From contig JAFXAC010000053.1 in the NCBI GenBank assembly GCA_017522125.1, forward strand, positions 1-58,794: DNA of 58,794 nucleotides, written 5' to 3'. This DNA comes from Clostridia bacterium (lineage in GTDB: Bacteria; Bacillota; Clostridia; Oscillospirales; CAG-272). Of the stretch, positions 37,725 through 47,512 are shown in pieces. How positions within the stretch are numbered: the stretch's first letter is position 1; each line of letters begins with the position of its first letter. The notes beneath the pieces are model-generated. The model made no database searches, had not been told where the DNA came from, and saw nothing but the letters and a program-made list of their open reading frames with translations. A program made the position numbers and the translations under genes.

Positions 37725-38511
37725 TTTTATTCTCCTTTTTACTAAACAAGCGCTCTGCCTCGTCCACGCCTACGCCGTGGAGCGTATAGAGCATAAACAC
37801 AAGCACGGATACGCCAAGCACGGCGGTTATAGCGACCGTTGCGGCATCCCATATTTTGCCGCCGCCGAGAGTGGGAACAAGGTAGCCGCAAAAATCGTAA
37901 ACGGCGTGAATGGCGATACAAAGCCATATCGAGCCCGTCTTTAGAAGCACGATTGAGAGCATTCCGCCGATGAGAGTGGAATACCCCGCTTGAAGCAGAG
38001 TTGCGCCAAGACCCGCGCCGAAAAAGAGGTTGAGCAGATGAATTCCGCCAAACACGAGCGAGGTAACGAGAGTCGCAAGGAATATCTCGCGCGTGCTGCC
38101 TCGGTGAGATTCGAGAATTGAGGTATAAAGCACGCCCCTGAACGTGAACTCCTCAAAAAATCCTATCATAAGCGATTCAAGGGCGAGGAGCGCAATATGC
38201 GACGCGGGGCTGTCGACCGTGGCGTTTCCGCTGATAAGTCCTATAATGGGCAGATTATTCACCGCCACCGCGAGCGCCGCCAGCGCGGCGAGGAGCGAGG
38301 CGCGGCTTTTGTTAAGTCCGAAAACGCGATATCCCAAAAGCAGGGTAAGCAGCATAAACGCAGTTCCGCCAAGGGCGCGCGTGATGCTTACTGATATCAG
38401 GGTGCTCAGCGTTTCATCAGCCGAATACGTGGGCGGAAAAAGCTCAAGAGCTGCCATAGCCGCAACGAAAACGGCAATAAAAGCGCCGAAAGCCGTGCGT
38501 TTAGTCCTCAT
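37699..38511 (-). CDS. CPBP family intramembrane glutamic endopeptidase
   Basis: EEFTFRG motif, FGGIH and HAVYD histidines, polytopic. Confidence 0.8.
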   Translation of the reverse strand: MRTKRTAFGAFIAVFVAAMAALELFPPTYSADETLSTLISVSITRALGGTAFMLLTLLLGYRVFGLNKSRASLLAALAALAVAVNNLPIIGLISGNATVDSPASHIALLALESLMIGFFEEFTFRGVLYTSILESHRGSTREIFLATLVTSLVFGGIHLLNLFFGAGLGATLLQAGYSTLIGGMLSIVLLKTGSIWLCIAIHAVYDFCGYLVPTLGGGKIWDAATVAITAVLGVSVLVFMLYTLHGVGVDEAERLFSKKENKNDTRTEKL

Positions 38512-39283
38512 AATAGCTTACGCCTTTCTTTTTATAGTAGAGATAAACGCTGACGCCGAGTGCCGCGCCACCCACGATGAGAAGCACGGAAACGAGCTGT
38601 GAGGGTGACCAGAAGCTAACGACGGTGCTTCCCCTGTCGTCCGCCCTGAAATACTCGGCAAAATAACGCCAGATGCCATAGCAGACCATATACGCGGCAA
38701 GCCCGTTGATGCGTTTTTTAGAGGTGCGGTAAAACATAAGTGCCGCCAGCGCAAACAAAAACATCGCCTCAAAAAGCTGAACGGGAACGTATTTTACACC
38801 CGCGCTGACGTGGTAAATTCCGTACCACGCGTCAGTTTCAGCGCCGTGACAGCACCCCGCCATAAGACAACCAAGCCTGCCAAGACCGTGCGCTACGGGA
38901 ATGGCGACCGAGGCTATATCCGCGATAACGAGGAATTTTCTGACGTGGCTCTTGTCGGGGAAAACGAACGCGCCGCCTATAAAATACACGGCGATAAACG
39001 AGAGCGCACCGCCGACGAGTCCGCCGAGGAAGGTCGCACCCGTGGACGCGTTGAGCGCAAAGCCGTCGCCGTCAAGCGCGTTATAAAGCGCTTGTGTGAG
39101 CACGGCGCTTGCGTAGCCCGCAACGACGGCAAAAATGCCGTCGAAAAGGACGAAATTGTGAAATTTCGCGGAAAACGCCAGCTTTTTTGAAAAATGCGCA
39201 AAGCAAAGCATTGCGGCAATTATGCCCGCGCCAAGAAAAATATCGTAAAGTCCAAGTCCGAATATTATTTCGTATGGATACAT
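38501..39283 (-). CDS. lgt: Prolipoprotein diacylglyceryl transferase
   Basis: GRLGCLMAGCCHG signature, polytopic, 260 aa. Confidence 0.85.
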   Translation of the reverse strand: MYPYEIIFGLGLYDIFLGAGIIAAMLCFAHFSKKLAFSAKFHNFVLFDGIFAVVAGYASAVLTQALYNALDGDGFALNASTGATFLGGLVGGALSFIAVYFIGGAFVFPDKSHVRKFLVIADIASVAIPVAHGLGRLGCLMAGCCHGAETDAWYGIYHVSAGVKYVPVQLFEAMFLFALAALMFYRTSKKRINGLAAYMVCYGIWRYFAEYFRADDRGSTVVSFWSPSQLVSVLLIVGGAALGVSVYLYYKKKGVSYYED

Positions 39284-39295
39284 TTTTTCTCCTTT

Positions 39296-40432
39296 TTAAA
39301 CTATCATCATAATAGCCGTAAGCACGGCGAGAAAGCCGAAATTAAACAGCGAAAATACGCCTATATAGTACAGCGCCTTGCCAGGGTTATGCTTGACGTA
39401 TTCTCTGAACGTGATAAGGCTCGCAAGCGAGGATATCAGCGTTCCGACACCACCTATGTTGACACCGACGAGCAGGTCTGCGTAATTCTCCGTAAACTGT
39501 GACAAAAGTATCGCCGTTGGGACGTTACTGATAAACTGACAGGAAATAACGCTGAAAAGCAAAGTGCTTTTTTCAAGAAGCATTGAAAAAAGCTCTCTGA
39601 TAACGCCTATCCTTGCCATATCCCCCGCAAAAATGAAGAAGAAAACGAAAGTTAAAAGCAGGGGGTAATCGACCTTGGCAAGCGCGTCGCGGTCGGCAAA
39701 TATCAGCACCGCGGGTATGACGATAAGCCCTATCCAATATGGTATCACGCGGAAAACTATAACTATCGAAAGCGCAAAAAGCACGAGATAGAGCGTGGTT
39801 CTCGGCACGCTGAGGTGTATTTTCTCATCCGAGACCGAAAGCGGCTCGGGCTTTACGAAAATAAAGCAGCACAGAGTAATAAGCGCGATGGAAACGGCGA
39901 AGGGCAAAAGCATTATCGACATAAATTCACCCGTGGGGATGTTGAATTTAGTGTAAAGATAAAGATTTTGCGGGTTTCCGAACGGCGTGAGCATTCCCCC
40001 GAGATTCGCCGCGATATTCTGCATAATGAAGGTGAACGCCATATATTTCTGCTTTCCCGTCTCGGAAAGAACGATATATCCGAGCGGCAAAAAGGTAAGC
40101 AGAGCCATATCGTTTGCGATGAGCATCGAGCCGATAAAGGTTATATACACGAGCGCAAGAACGCTCATACGCGCATTTTTGAAAAGCTCGACCACCTTAT
40201 GCGCGAGAACGTAAAAGAACCTGATGTTTTTCAGGGCGCATACCACGGCAAGCACGCAAAAAAGGCAGGTGAGCGTTTTAAGGTCGAAATAATCCAAATA
40301 TTGCGCGTCGGGCGGCACGATAAAGGACGTTACTATCGCGGCAAGGAGTGCTATGCACATCACCGCATTCTTCTTTACGAAGGCTGCCGCGGCGGTGACG
40401 TGCCTATGCTGTGATTCTATTGATGACGTCAT
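39296..40432 (-). CDS. ArsB/NhaD-superfamily (citrate-transporter-like) anion permease
   Basis: About 10-11 hydrophobic helices with an internal repeat layout. No finer assignment is possible by eye. Confidence 0.5.
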   Translation of the reverse strand: MTSSIESQHRHVTAAAAFVKKNAVMCIALLAAIVTSFIVPPDAQYLDYFDLKTLTCLFCVLAVVCALKNIRFFYVLAHKVVELFKNARMSVLALVYITFIGSMLIANDMALLTFLPLGYIVLSETGKQKYMAFTFIMQNIAANLGGMLTPFGNPQNLYLYTKFNIPTGEFMSIMLLPFAVSIALITLCCFIFVKPEPLSVSDEKIHLSVPRTTLYLVLFALSIVIVFRVIPYWIGLIVIPAVLIFADRDALAKVDYPLLLTFVFFFIFAGDMARIGVIRELFSMLLEKSTLLFSVISCQFISNVPTAILLSQFTENYADLLVGVNIGGVGTLISSLASLITFREYVKHNPGKALYYIGVFSLFNFGFLAVLTAIMMIV

Positions 40433-40459
40433 TTTATTCCTCGGTCAAGATTTATTGCT

Positions 40460-41533
40460 TTAGTCAGCGTCGGCAAGGGCGTTGAATTTTTTGATAAGCG
40501 CTATCTCGCGCGGATCGTACGGGCGCAGGTTCGGTCGGAAAAGATCGTGCTGCCACTTGGTAAAGTCATACCTCTCGGTGCCGCTTCGGTCATACTCGTC
40601 CCACAGCGAGGGCCACGGCTCGTGCGTCTGCGTTTTGCCCACGACGAAGCCCCAGCAATAGTTTGCCACGTTAGTTATGTAAAGAAGCGGATAGACCTCG
40701 GCTATATTGTTGTGGTTGATGCGGTGGAGCCACTCGGTGAGAAGCAGAGGTCTGCCGTAGCGCTCAAGGTACTTTATCGTTACGACGAGCTTTTCGTAGG
40801 ATTGATAGCTATGGAAGCTGATAACGTCGGAAAGCTCGATAGCAAGCTTTTCCTCCGCGCTTGCAATACCGTGCTTCACGCCGCGCCACATATCGGCGCA
40901 AAGCGGCTGAATGGGGTCCTCGGCGCGAACGAGCGCAAAAAGCTCGCGCAGGATATCGCAGGAGCGCGCGCCGATGGTGATGCCCGGCTCGTTGTAGATA
41001 TTCCAACAAATTATGCGCTCGTCTTGCGCGTAGCGGCGCACGGTCTCGCTTATCATAGTGAAGAATTTTTCGCGCAGTTCGGGATATTCAAGGTAGTGGC
41101 GGGGCGCTTTTGCCTTTTCCTCCTCGGACAGCGGGATCCTGCCCTGATGCTCGCCGAGGGCGTACGCCTGCTCGCCCATTTTCTTGGGAACGAAAACGTC
41201 GCCGCGCGGCAAGTCCTCCTCGTGCGTAAGCACTACCATTACCTTTTGTCCGTGCTTTGCACAAAGCTCTATGTATTTTTCAAATATCTCAAAATACGAG
41301 TCGGGCTCGGCGTAGTAAACGTCGAAATTAGCCCATATACGCACGGTATTGAAGCCTATCTCGCGGCAGAGCGCAAGCTCGCGGTCTGCGGTGGCGAGCT
41401 TTGCCTCGGCGCCGTAGCGCTGAAACATATCAAGGCGGTTTACGCAGTCGCTTCCGATGAAGTTACAGCCGCGAAGCCAGCCCTGCGCCGCATACCATTC
41501 ATTCGCCCTCTCGCGTGTCCATTGTTCTTTCAT
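40460..41533 (-). CDS. Clan GH-A (GH5-like) glycoside hydrolase, cytoplasmic
   Basis: NIYNEPG acid/base motif and LTEW candidate nucleophile. No signal peptide. Confidence 0.55.
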   Translation of the reverse strand: MKEQWTRERANEWYAAQGWLRGCNFIGSDCVNRLDMFQRYGAEAKLATADRELALCREIGFNTVRIWANFDVYYAEPDSYFEIFEKYIELCAKHGQKVMVVLTHEEDLPRGDVFVPKKMGEQAYALGEHQGRIPLSEEEKAKAPRHYLEYPELREKFFTMISETVRRYAQDERIICWNIYNEPGITIGARSCDILRELFALVRAEDPIQPLCADMWRGVKHGIASAEEKLAIELSDVISFHSYQSYEKLVVTIKYLERYGRPLLLTEWLHRINHNNIAEVYPLLYITNVANYCWGFVVGKTQTHEPWPSLWDEYDRSGTERYDFTKWQHDLFRPNLRPYDPREIALIKKFNALADAD

Positions 41534-41551
41534 ATTTTTCCCTTTCAAGCC

Positions 41552-42337
41552 TTAACCGAACACCTCGGCGGCGGCAACGGTTTTTAATATATCAAGGTCT
41601 ATCTTATCCCGACCGTATGCATCAAAAAATCTGTCGCGGTATTTATCGGTCTTTAAATTGAACTCAAGCGTCCACGCGCCCCAGAAAAGATCAACGTGTC
41701 TGTCTCCAATGCCGCCGTTACCAACGTCGATAAAGCCCGCAAGCCGCCAATTATCAAGCATTATGTTCGGCAGGCAATAATCGCCGTGAAGGAGAGTGTC
41801 GCACCCAAGCGCCCCCTTTCCCGCTTGCAAAGCGGCATACGCCTCATCTGCCGAGCGGTAACCAAAGCTGTCGGGAAAATGCGAGGAATCATAATTTCCG
41901 CTGCGGTAATTATCCTCGGCGAGAGCTATGTACTCGGCTGTTCTGTTGCGCACAGGGCAATCGGAAGCATCGATCGAATGCAAAAGGCGCAAAGCCTCGG
42001 CCATCGTATCGCAAAGGCGCAAAGGCTCGGCAAGGTATGCTCCATACGTGCAGTCTTCGCCCGCGACGCGCTCGGTGAGCAGCCAATCCGCCGCTTCCGT
42101 CGCATAATAAAGCACGCGCGCGCCAAGCCCCTTTGATTCGAAATACTCGCTCATTTGCGCCTCGCGCGCAAGAGAGGCGGCGCGGCTCGTTTTAAGATAA
42201 TAGCCGCCGTCTTTATCGATAAAGTACACGCGCGCCTCGGGCGAGCAGGAGCTGTCGTAGACCGCGCCGCCCTCTATTATTTTGCGTATCGCGGCGGGAA
42301 CACCGTGCGGTACGCCGTTCAAAAGCACTCTTTTCAT
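41552..42337 (-). CDS. Aminoglycoside 3'-phosphotransferase (APH(3')) family kinase
   Basis: Catalytic loop LLHGDYCLPNIML and FIDVGNGGIGDRHVDL. Confidence 0.75.
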   Translation of the reverse strand: MKRVLLNGVPHGVPAAIRKIIEGGAVYDSSCSPEARVYFIDKDGGYYLKTSRAASLAREAQMSEYFESKGLGARVLYYATEAADWLLTERVAGEDCTYGAYLAEPLRLCDTMAEALRLLHSIDASDCPVRNRTAEYIALAEDNYRSGNYDSSHFPDSFGYRSADEAYAALQAGKGALGCDTLLHGDYCLPNIMLDNWRLAGFIDVGNGGIGDRHVDLFWGAWTLEFNLKTDKYRDRFFDAYGRDKIDLDILKTVAAAEVFG

Positions 42338-42348
42338 AAATTCACCGT

Positions 42349-43014
42349 TTACCAAATGAATGGCAGTAGTCTGTATTTTACCTTTTTCGTGTATTCCGCA
42401 TAGCCCTCAAGTCCTTCCGAAAGCACCTTTTCCTCGTTAAGTATGCGAATAACGGTTGCGGGAACGTAAAGCGAAAACGGGATAAGTCCCCAAAGCGAGC
42501 CGAGTATCAGAGGAAGCGGCAAAAACATAAAAAGCGTTGCAAGATACATCGGGTGGCGCACAATGCCGTAAAGTCCCGTGCTTACGACCTTTTGTCCCTC
42601 TTGCACCTCGACGGTGCGCGAGAGGTAGGCGTTTTCGCGCATTACCTCGGCATACGCCGCGTATCCGATCAGAAACAGCACGGACGCGGTAACGGTAAGC
42701 CACACGGGCACGCGCGACCACGAAAAGCGAAAATCAAGCGCGGAAAGGATAAAGCCCACGGGGAATATCAAGCCCGACAGCGCGATAACGCCGCGCTGTG
42801 CCTTTTCTTTTTCCTTGTTGTTAAGTCTTTTTTTCAAAAGCTCGGGCGCTTTGATGAAAAGCACTATCCCCATAACGCACATCGGGATAAACAAAAGCGC
42901 AAGAAAGAGCCACGCGCCGCCGTAAAGGAGCGTTCCCGCGGGCAAGAACAAAAGCACGCCCACAAGGATGAGACCGAGAATAAATTTCACAAGTGCGTCA
43001 AATAACAGCTTCAT
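42349..43014 (-). CDS. ICMT/phospholipid methyltransferase family membrane protein
   Basis: GLYGIVRHPMYL motif and a polytopic N-terminus. Confidence 0.65.
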   Translation of the reverse strand: MKLLFDALVKFILGLILVGVLLFLPAGTLLYGGAWLFLALLFIPMCVMGIVLFIKAPELLKKRLNNKEKEKAQRGVIALSGLIFPVGFILSALDFRFSWSRVPVWLTVTASVLFLIGYAAYAEVMRENAYLSRTVEVQEGQKVVSTGLYGIVRHPMYLATLFMFLPLPLILGSLWGLIPFSLYVPATVIRILNEEKVLSEGLEGYAEYTKKVKYRLLPFIW

Positions 43015-43102
43015 CGAGCGCTCCTTTCGAGTTTTATATACATATTATAATAGTTGCGTGCGGTTTTTTCAATAGGCTACGGCGAAATGTTGTCAAAAAA
43101 TT

Positions 43103-43129
43103 AAAAAGCAGGGGTTTCCCTGCTTTTTA
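43103..43129. terminator. Bidirectional terminator at the left border of the AT-rich island
   Basis: AGCAGGG-gttt-CCCTGCT (43107-43124) flanked by A5 and T5. Confidence 0.7.
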
Positions 43130-43160
43130 TATAGCGTAACAAATCGAAAAATCGAACTAT

Positions 43161-44486
43161 TCAATTCCCATTTGCTTCCCACAAGTTTTTCTGCACCCAG
43201 CAGACGTTGCATTTATTTCGCGGGCAGGTACAGCACTGCCATATCTCCGATTTGCCGCCAAGCGTGGCAAGCGGAGTTTTTATGATCGGCGCAAGTATGC
43301 CGAGGGCGGCTTCGTCCAATAAAGCATTCAACTCGCCCTCTGTCATCAGCTGCCAATCGTAAACGTCCTTTTGGTTGGTATTAAGGCGTGTGTAGTAGCA
43401 GCAAGGAAATTGACCGTCCTTGTGATAGACGCGAACGTTAAAATAATATTCGTCCGAGTACTGAGATTTTTGCGCCTCGAACTCCAAGCAAAAATCCCCC
43501 TCCAGACCCATCGTCCATTTAGCTCCCTTTTTCTTAAATCCAAGCTGCTTTAGCCTTTCGGCGATCTTTTGCAAAAACTGCTTTTGCCTCTCTTTTTTTA
43601 AAGCCAAGATATCGTCCCTTGATTTATATAAATACGTATCATACACGTTTTTTATTTGATCGGCAACGGCGTTTTTGTCCGATTCATTTTTTATAACGGA
43701 GTAAAACCGCAATTTTATATTGAAATCGTCCTCGCCGTAGAGTCTAAAATGCTCTCCTTCCGCGACAGTTGTAAAGCCATACGTTACGCCAATATGCTCA
43801 CCGTAGTCCTTCAAATTCACCGCAAAGGCAACCTTGTCAAGCGTAAAGCGGTAAAAGCTGAACTGCCTAAAGCTCCACTCGGCTTCTTTGAAATTTGATT
43901 TAAGGAGCTCCTCTCTCAAAGAAAGCATCGTATCCGTATAACGCAAAAATTCTGCTTCTTTGTCGGTGAAGTCCTTGAAAAATTGCTCGATTCTTAAAAG
44001 CTCCCCTTCTTCAAGAAGCTGATAGGTCATAAGGTCTGTCAGCTCGATAGCAAAGCCGTCGACTTTTTCGGACTCTCTCGCAAAAGCGAGCTTATTATCA
44101 AAGGCTCTTTTGATAACGGCACACTCGGGAGTCCGATCGATTACTTTATAGTATCCACTGCCACTACGCTTTACCCAATCGCCAGCCTTTACCGTTGCCA
44201 TTTCCTTTTCATTCCGACACAGTGCCATCAGCCTGTCAAAAACTCGTCTGTCGGCATCCGTCAAGCAAGCGGGCTCAAGATGGAGCATTGCGTGATAGGC
44301 ATCGTGCAATCTATCGTTAAATAAATATTCAAGCCCCTCGGATAAGCGGAGCTTTTTATCGTAATCATTGCCGAAAATCGTGTCTATATCTTCGCCAAAA
44401 GCATTTTTATAATTCTTCCACCTTGCCTGAAATTCGTCGCTAAAGAACCATCTCTCTTTTTGTGAGCTTGTCTGTGTCTTATCCAT
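43161..44486 (-). CDS. Hypothetical 441-aa protein (C-terminal part DUF4304-like)
   Basis: Long clean ORF in AT-rich DNA. C-terminal KKKGAKW...F.LEF...Q pattern and a terminal Cys cluster. The family call is tentative. Confidence 0.4.
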   Translation of the reverse strand: MDKTQTSSQKERWFFSDEFQARWKNYKNAFGEDIDTIFGNDYDKKLRLSEGLEYLFNDRLHDAYHAMLHLEPACLTDADRRVFDRLMALCRNEKEMATVKAGDWVKRSGSGYYKVIDRTPECAVIKRAFDNKLAFARESEKVDGFAIELTDLMTYQLLEEGELLRIEQFFKDFTDKEAEFLRYTDTMLSLREELLKSNFKEAEWSFRQFSFYRFTLDKVAFAVNLKDYGEHIGVTYGFTTVAEGEHFRLYGEDDFNIKLRFYSVIKNESDKNAVADQIKNVYDTYLYKSRDDILALKKERQKQFLQKIAERLKQLGFKKKGAKWTMGLEGDFCLEFEAQKSQYSDEYYFNVRVYHKDGQFPCCYYTRLNTNQKDVYDWQLMTEGELNALLDEAALGILAPIIKTPLATLGGKSEIWQCCTCPRNKCNVCWVQKNLWEANGN

Positions 44487-44540
44487 AAATCATGTGCCTT
44501 TCTTCTGTTGCAAAGCAAGCGTTTGTGTTGAAAGTGCTGC

Positions 44541-45221
44541 TCAAACGTAAATGATGACTTTATTTGTTTTTTTCTTGTGCAGATACAATTTTAGCGGCAA
44601 GCCCGATCTTGCGCTTAATGCCTTTTTCGGACACGCTTCAACGCACCTAAGACACCTTATGCACCTGCCGTTTGTTTTACCCGATTTTATCGCCCCCAAG
44701 GGACAGATCTCCGAGCAAAGCCCACAGGCGATGCATTTTTCGCTTTTCCGTATTTTAAGCCCCAGCCGCCCTCTCAGCCTCGGAAGGATATCAGCCAAGG
44801 GATTTTTATATAGCTTGGGAAGGCTTACGGGAGAAGGGCTTTGTATCTTCTCAACGAGGGGCTTCAATTTATCGAAATCGCAAAAAGCCCCGTCGTTATC
44901 TATATAGGCGTGCTTCGTGGGGATATACGCGCCCGCAACAACGTTTTTTTGATAGCCTTTTTGTATCTCATACAGCACGTTCCCACAGCACATTTTTCCG
45001 TAGGTGGCAACGACCGTCAGATTGTCAACGGATACGCTCTTCAAAAAATCCTTTACGGCATCGGGAATATTTTGGCAGTGGACGGGAAACACGAGAACGA
45101 GATTTTGATAATCCGTATGTGCCGCCTCAATGCTTAAAAGAGGATAGTCCAAGCACTCGGCAAGGTACGCCGCGACCGCCCTGCTCTGCCCCGTATTTGA
45201 ATAAAAAACGGTTGCGTTCAT
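44541..45221 (-). CDS. EFR1-type flavodoxin-like plus 2x[4Fe-4S] ferredoxin
   Basis: N-terminal flavodoxin-like FYSNTGQSR. C-terminal CIACGLCSEICP and CIRCLRCVEACP. ATGA overlap with the upstream PP-loop gene. Confidence 0.65.
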   Translation of the reverse strand: MNATVFYSNTGQSRAVAAYLAECLDYPLLSIEAAHTDYQNLVLVFPVHCQNIPDAVKDFLKSVSVDNLTVVATYGKMCCGNVLYEIQKGYQKNVVAGAYIPTKHAYIDNDGAFCDFDKLKPLVEKIQSPSPVSLPKLYKNPLADILPRLRGRLGLKIRKSEKCIACGLCSEICPLGAIKSGKTNGRCIRCLRCVEACPKKALSARSGLPLKLYLHKKKTNKVIIYV

Positions 45222-46606
45222 TGTTCCAAGTACTCCCGCATTATCGCGCATTCGGGTATTTCCTCAAGCGAAAAGCCGAGCGAGCTCTTAAGCTCCGATA
45301 GCGCTTCCTCGCGGGAGAGATTGTTACTTCGCCCCGCTATCGCGATCTCAAGTGCGCTGAACGGTATCATCGTGCTTTTCATCTCGTAAAATCTTACGAA
45401 TTGCGAATGCTCCTTGCATTTTTCGATTTTACAGCTCGTATGTAATCCCTTATCGGCTTCCTCGGGGGCAACCCAGCCGCATTCACGAATGATGATATCC
45501 TTTATCTTTCTCCACTCGTAAGCACCGCCGCTTATTTCATCAAAATCGACCTGTACGAACGCGGGAATATTGCCCGTGCGCGAGGACGCGCGTATCGCTC
45601 TTTTTAACGGAGTCAGAATATTGGGGGCTTCTCTTATGGCTTCACAGACGTTTTGCACGAGGGGATTTCTGTATCCCGCTAAATTTTTCAATCTGCTGTC
45701 GCCGTATGCAAGCTGCTTCATCGTGGCGAGGGTGTGGAATTGACCCTTTTTCAGCGGTGGGCGAAGCGTTAGCACCCTGCCGACGTTCAAAAGGAAATTA
45801 AGCACCTTGTTTTGCGCAAACGTATAAGCAAATTTGGGCGCCATGTGATTGAAATACAAGCCGAGCATCTGTGCGGGCTCATTTCCCGCAACGAAATACG
45901 GGACCTTGTTTGCAACAAGCTCCGAGTAAAACAAAACGTACGCGAGGGAAGGACAGGCGCAGGTGTTTCCGTTTAAGGAATAGAGCTTTTTATATATCCT
46001 TTTCAGATCGTCGCTTGAAACTCTGCGGCTGATAAACTCCACCGAATCAAGCGTCGCCTTGGCGTTTTCCACGCTCCTTCTCGCGCAGTCGGACATATAG
46101 GGGATCTCCCAAGTGAGCGCCAGAACGCGGAGCTTTAATTTTTTTGAGAGATAGTACAGTAAATACGTGGAATCCTTGCCGCCCGTGTAAAACACGGCAA
46201 CGTCAAAGCGCGATCTTTTTGACCTTGGGAATGTATTTACTATCGGAACGATGCTTTTCAGCTCTTTCGTCTTGTCCGCGGATTGGCAAATGGGGCATTT
46301 CCCCTCTGCGTCGAACTCTATACCCGGGATCATAAAATCGTTTGCAACGCAGGTCTTGCAAAATCTTGCCTCGTCAAAGCCCTTGGGAATCGCTATTTTA
46401 TCCTCACTTTTAACGATCTGCACGCCTATGAGATTTTTTAGTGCATAGGCTTCCTTCGGCGTCAGCTCGCACGGCAGCCTTTCGACGATCGCTCTTTGCT
46501 TTTTGGTAAGCCGAACGGTATTTTTAAACGTGTCGGGCTGATTTCGCAAGCCGTAATATCTCAAAATACTGCCTTCAAGCCTCCATCTGCTTTGGATATC
46601 GTACAT
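45218..46606 (-). CDS. PP-loop ATP pyrophosphatase, N-acetyl-sugar amidotransferase (WbuX)-like
   Basis: Zn-ribbon CKTC...FDAEGKCPIC followed by PP-loop FYTGGKDST. Confidence 0.55.
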   Translation of the reverse strand: MYDIQSRWRLEGSILRYYGLRNQPDTFKNTVRLTKKQRAIVERLPCELTPKEAYALKNLIGVQIVKSEDKIAIPKGFDEARFCKTCVANDFMIPGIEFDAEGKCPICQSADKTKELKSIVPIVNTFPRSKRSRFDVAVFYTGGKDSTYLLYYLSKKLKLRVLALTWEIPYMSDCARRSVENAKATLDSVEFISRRVSSDDLKRIYKKLYSLNGNTCACPSLAYVLFYSELVANKVPYFVAGNEPAQMLGLYFNHMAPKFAYTFAQNKVLNFLLNVGRVLTLRPPLKKGQFHTLATMKQLAYGDSRLKNLAGYRNPLVQNVCEAIREAPNILTPLKRAIRASSRTGNIPAFVQVDFDEISGGAYEWRKIKDIIIRECGWVAPEEADKGLHTSCKIEKCKEHSQFVRFYEMKSTMIPFSALEIAIAGRSNNLSREEALSELKSSLGFSLEEIPECAIMREYLEQ

Positions 46607-46672
46607 AGCAGTTCCTTTCTTCGACAGTTATACTAAACTGCGTAAAATGGGGTTTCGATTAGTCGAAGGGAT

Positions 46673-46951
46673 CTATTTCCCATTTTTAAAGTATCCTTTA
46701 CCCCCAAACGTATCGTACCACAAGGTGAATATCGCGCCGCAGCTTTTGCATTTGATCCTATACCATAGTCCATCCTGCGGCCACTGCTTTACGGTTTTTT
46801 CGGGAACGTTCCCGCCGACGTATTCATAATTTCCATCGGATAATAAGCGCTTGAGCTTTTGTAAAATATCAAAAAATTCGTCGGTGCTTTTGATATGCCT
46901 TACAGCTTCAAGCTTTTGGCATTCATTGCACAGCCTTTTGAAAAAAATCAC
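46673..46951 (-). CDS. 92-aa hypothetical protein with a CxxC...CxxC zinc-ribbon pattern
   Basis: GTG start preceded by GGAGAA. CNEC and CKSC pairs. Confidence 0.5.
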   Translation of the reverse strand: MIFFKRLCNECQKLEAVRHIKSTDEFFDILQKLKRLLSDGNYEYVGGNVPEKTVKQWPQDGLWYRIKCKSCGAIFTLWYDTFGGKGYFKNGK

Positions 46952-47050
46952 AAGTTTTCTCCTTCAGATATAAATGACGCTCTCCTCTCGGCGCAAGAGC
47001 GTAAAAGGTTTAAAAATCGGTTAAAAACGGGTTGGGAAAGCCAAAAGTCA

Positions 47051-47416
47051 TCAAATACCCAAGAAAAAGAAACCATTATATTCGCGTATTGCTTTTTCGA
47101 GCCACTCAGCAAAAACTTCAAATCCTTTGGGTCTGTCATTAACAATTTGTTCCCTAATTGCTAACGTCTGCTCTTTTGTGTAGTAATTGACGCCGTAAGG
47201 GTCAAGCTCTTGCGTTTCCTTGGAAAGAATCGGATTTCGTAAATAATCGCCGTAATTTTCAAAGAAAGCCTTGCCGTTATCAACGCGAACAAGCAAAGAA
47301 TCCTTTTCCTTGAACGAGTATCCCTTTTTTAATATCTTTTTTATATCCCACTCTTTTTTGCAATACTGAAATTCAAAATATGCACTTCCTTGCTTTTCGG
47401 AACACGGTATAAACAT
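47051..47416 (-). CDS. 121-aa hypothetical protein
   Basis: ATG preceded by AGGAGG. No recognisable motif. Confidence 0.5.
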   Translation of the reverse strand: MFIPCSEKQGSAYFEFQYCKKEWDIKKILKKGYSFKEKDSLLVRVDNGKAFFENYGDYLRNPILSKETQELDPYGVNYYTKEQTLAIREQIVNDRPKGFEVFAEWLEKAIREYNGFFFLGI

Positions 47417-47512
47417 AATTACCTCCTACTGATATAAAAGACGCTCCCCTCTCGGCGCAAGTGCGTAAACGGTGTTTCTTGCACCAAAATAAGCGGCGAA
47501 GTACCAAAGCCC

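Noticed and set aside
46965-47009. Family A junction element read as a sigma-A promoter (TTGCGC-17-TTATAT on the minus strand)
   Set aside because: The putative -10 ends only 3 nt before the RBS of the next gene, so a transcript starting there would lack the Shine-Dalgarno. It is more consistent with a hairpin or boundary element.
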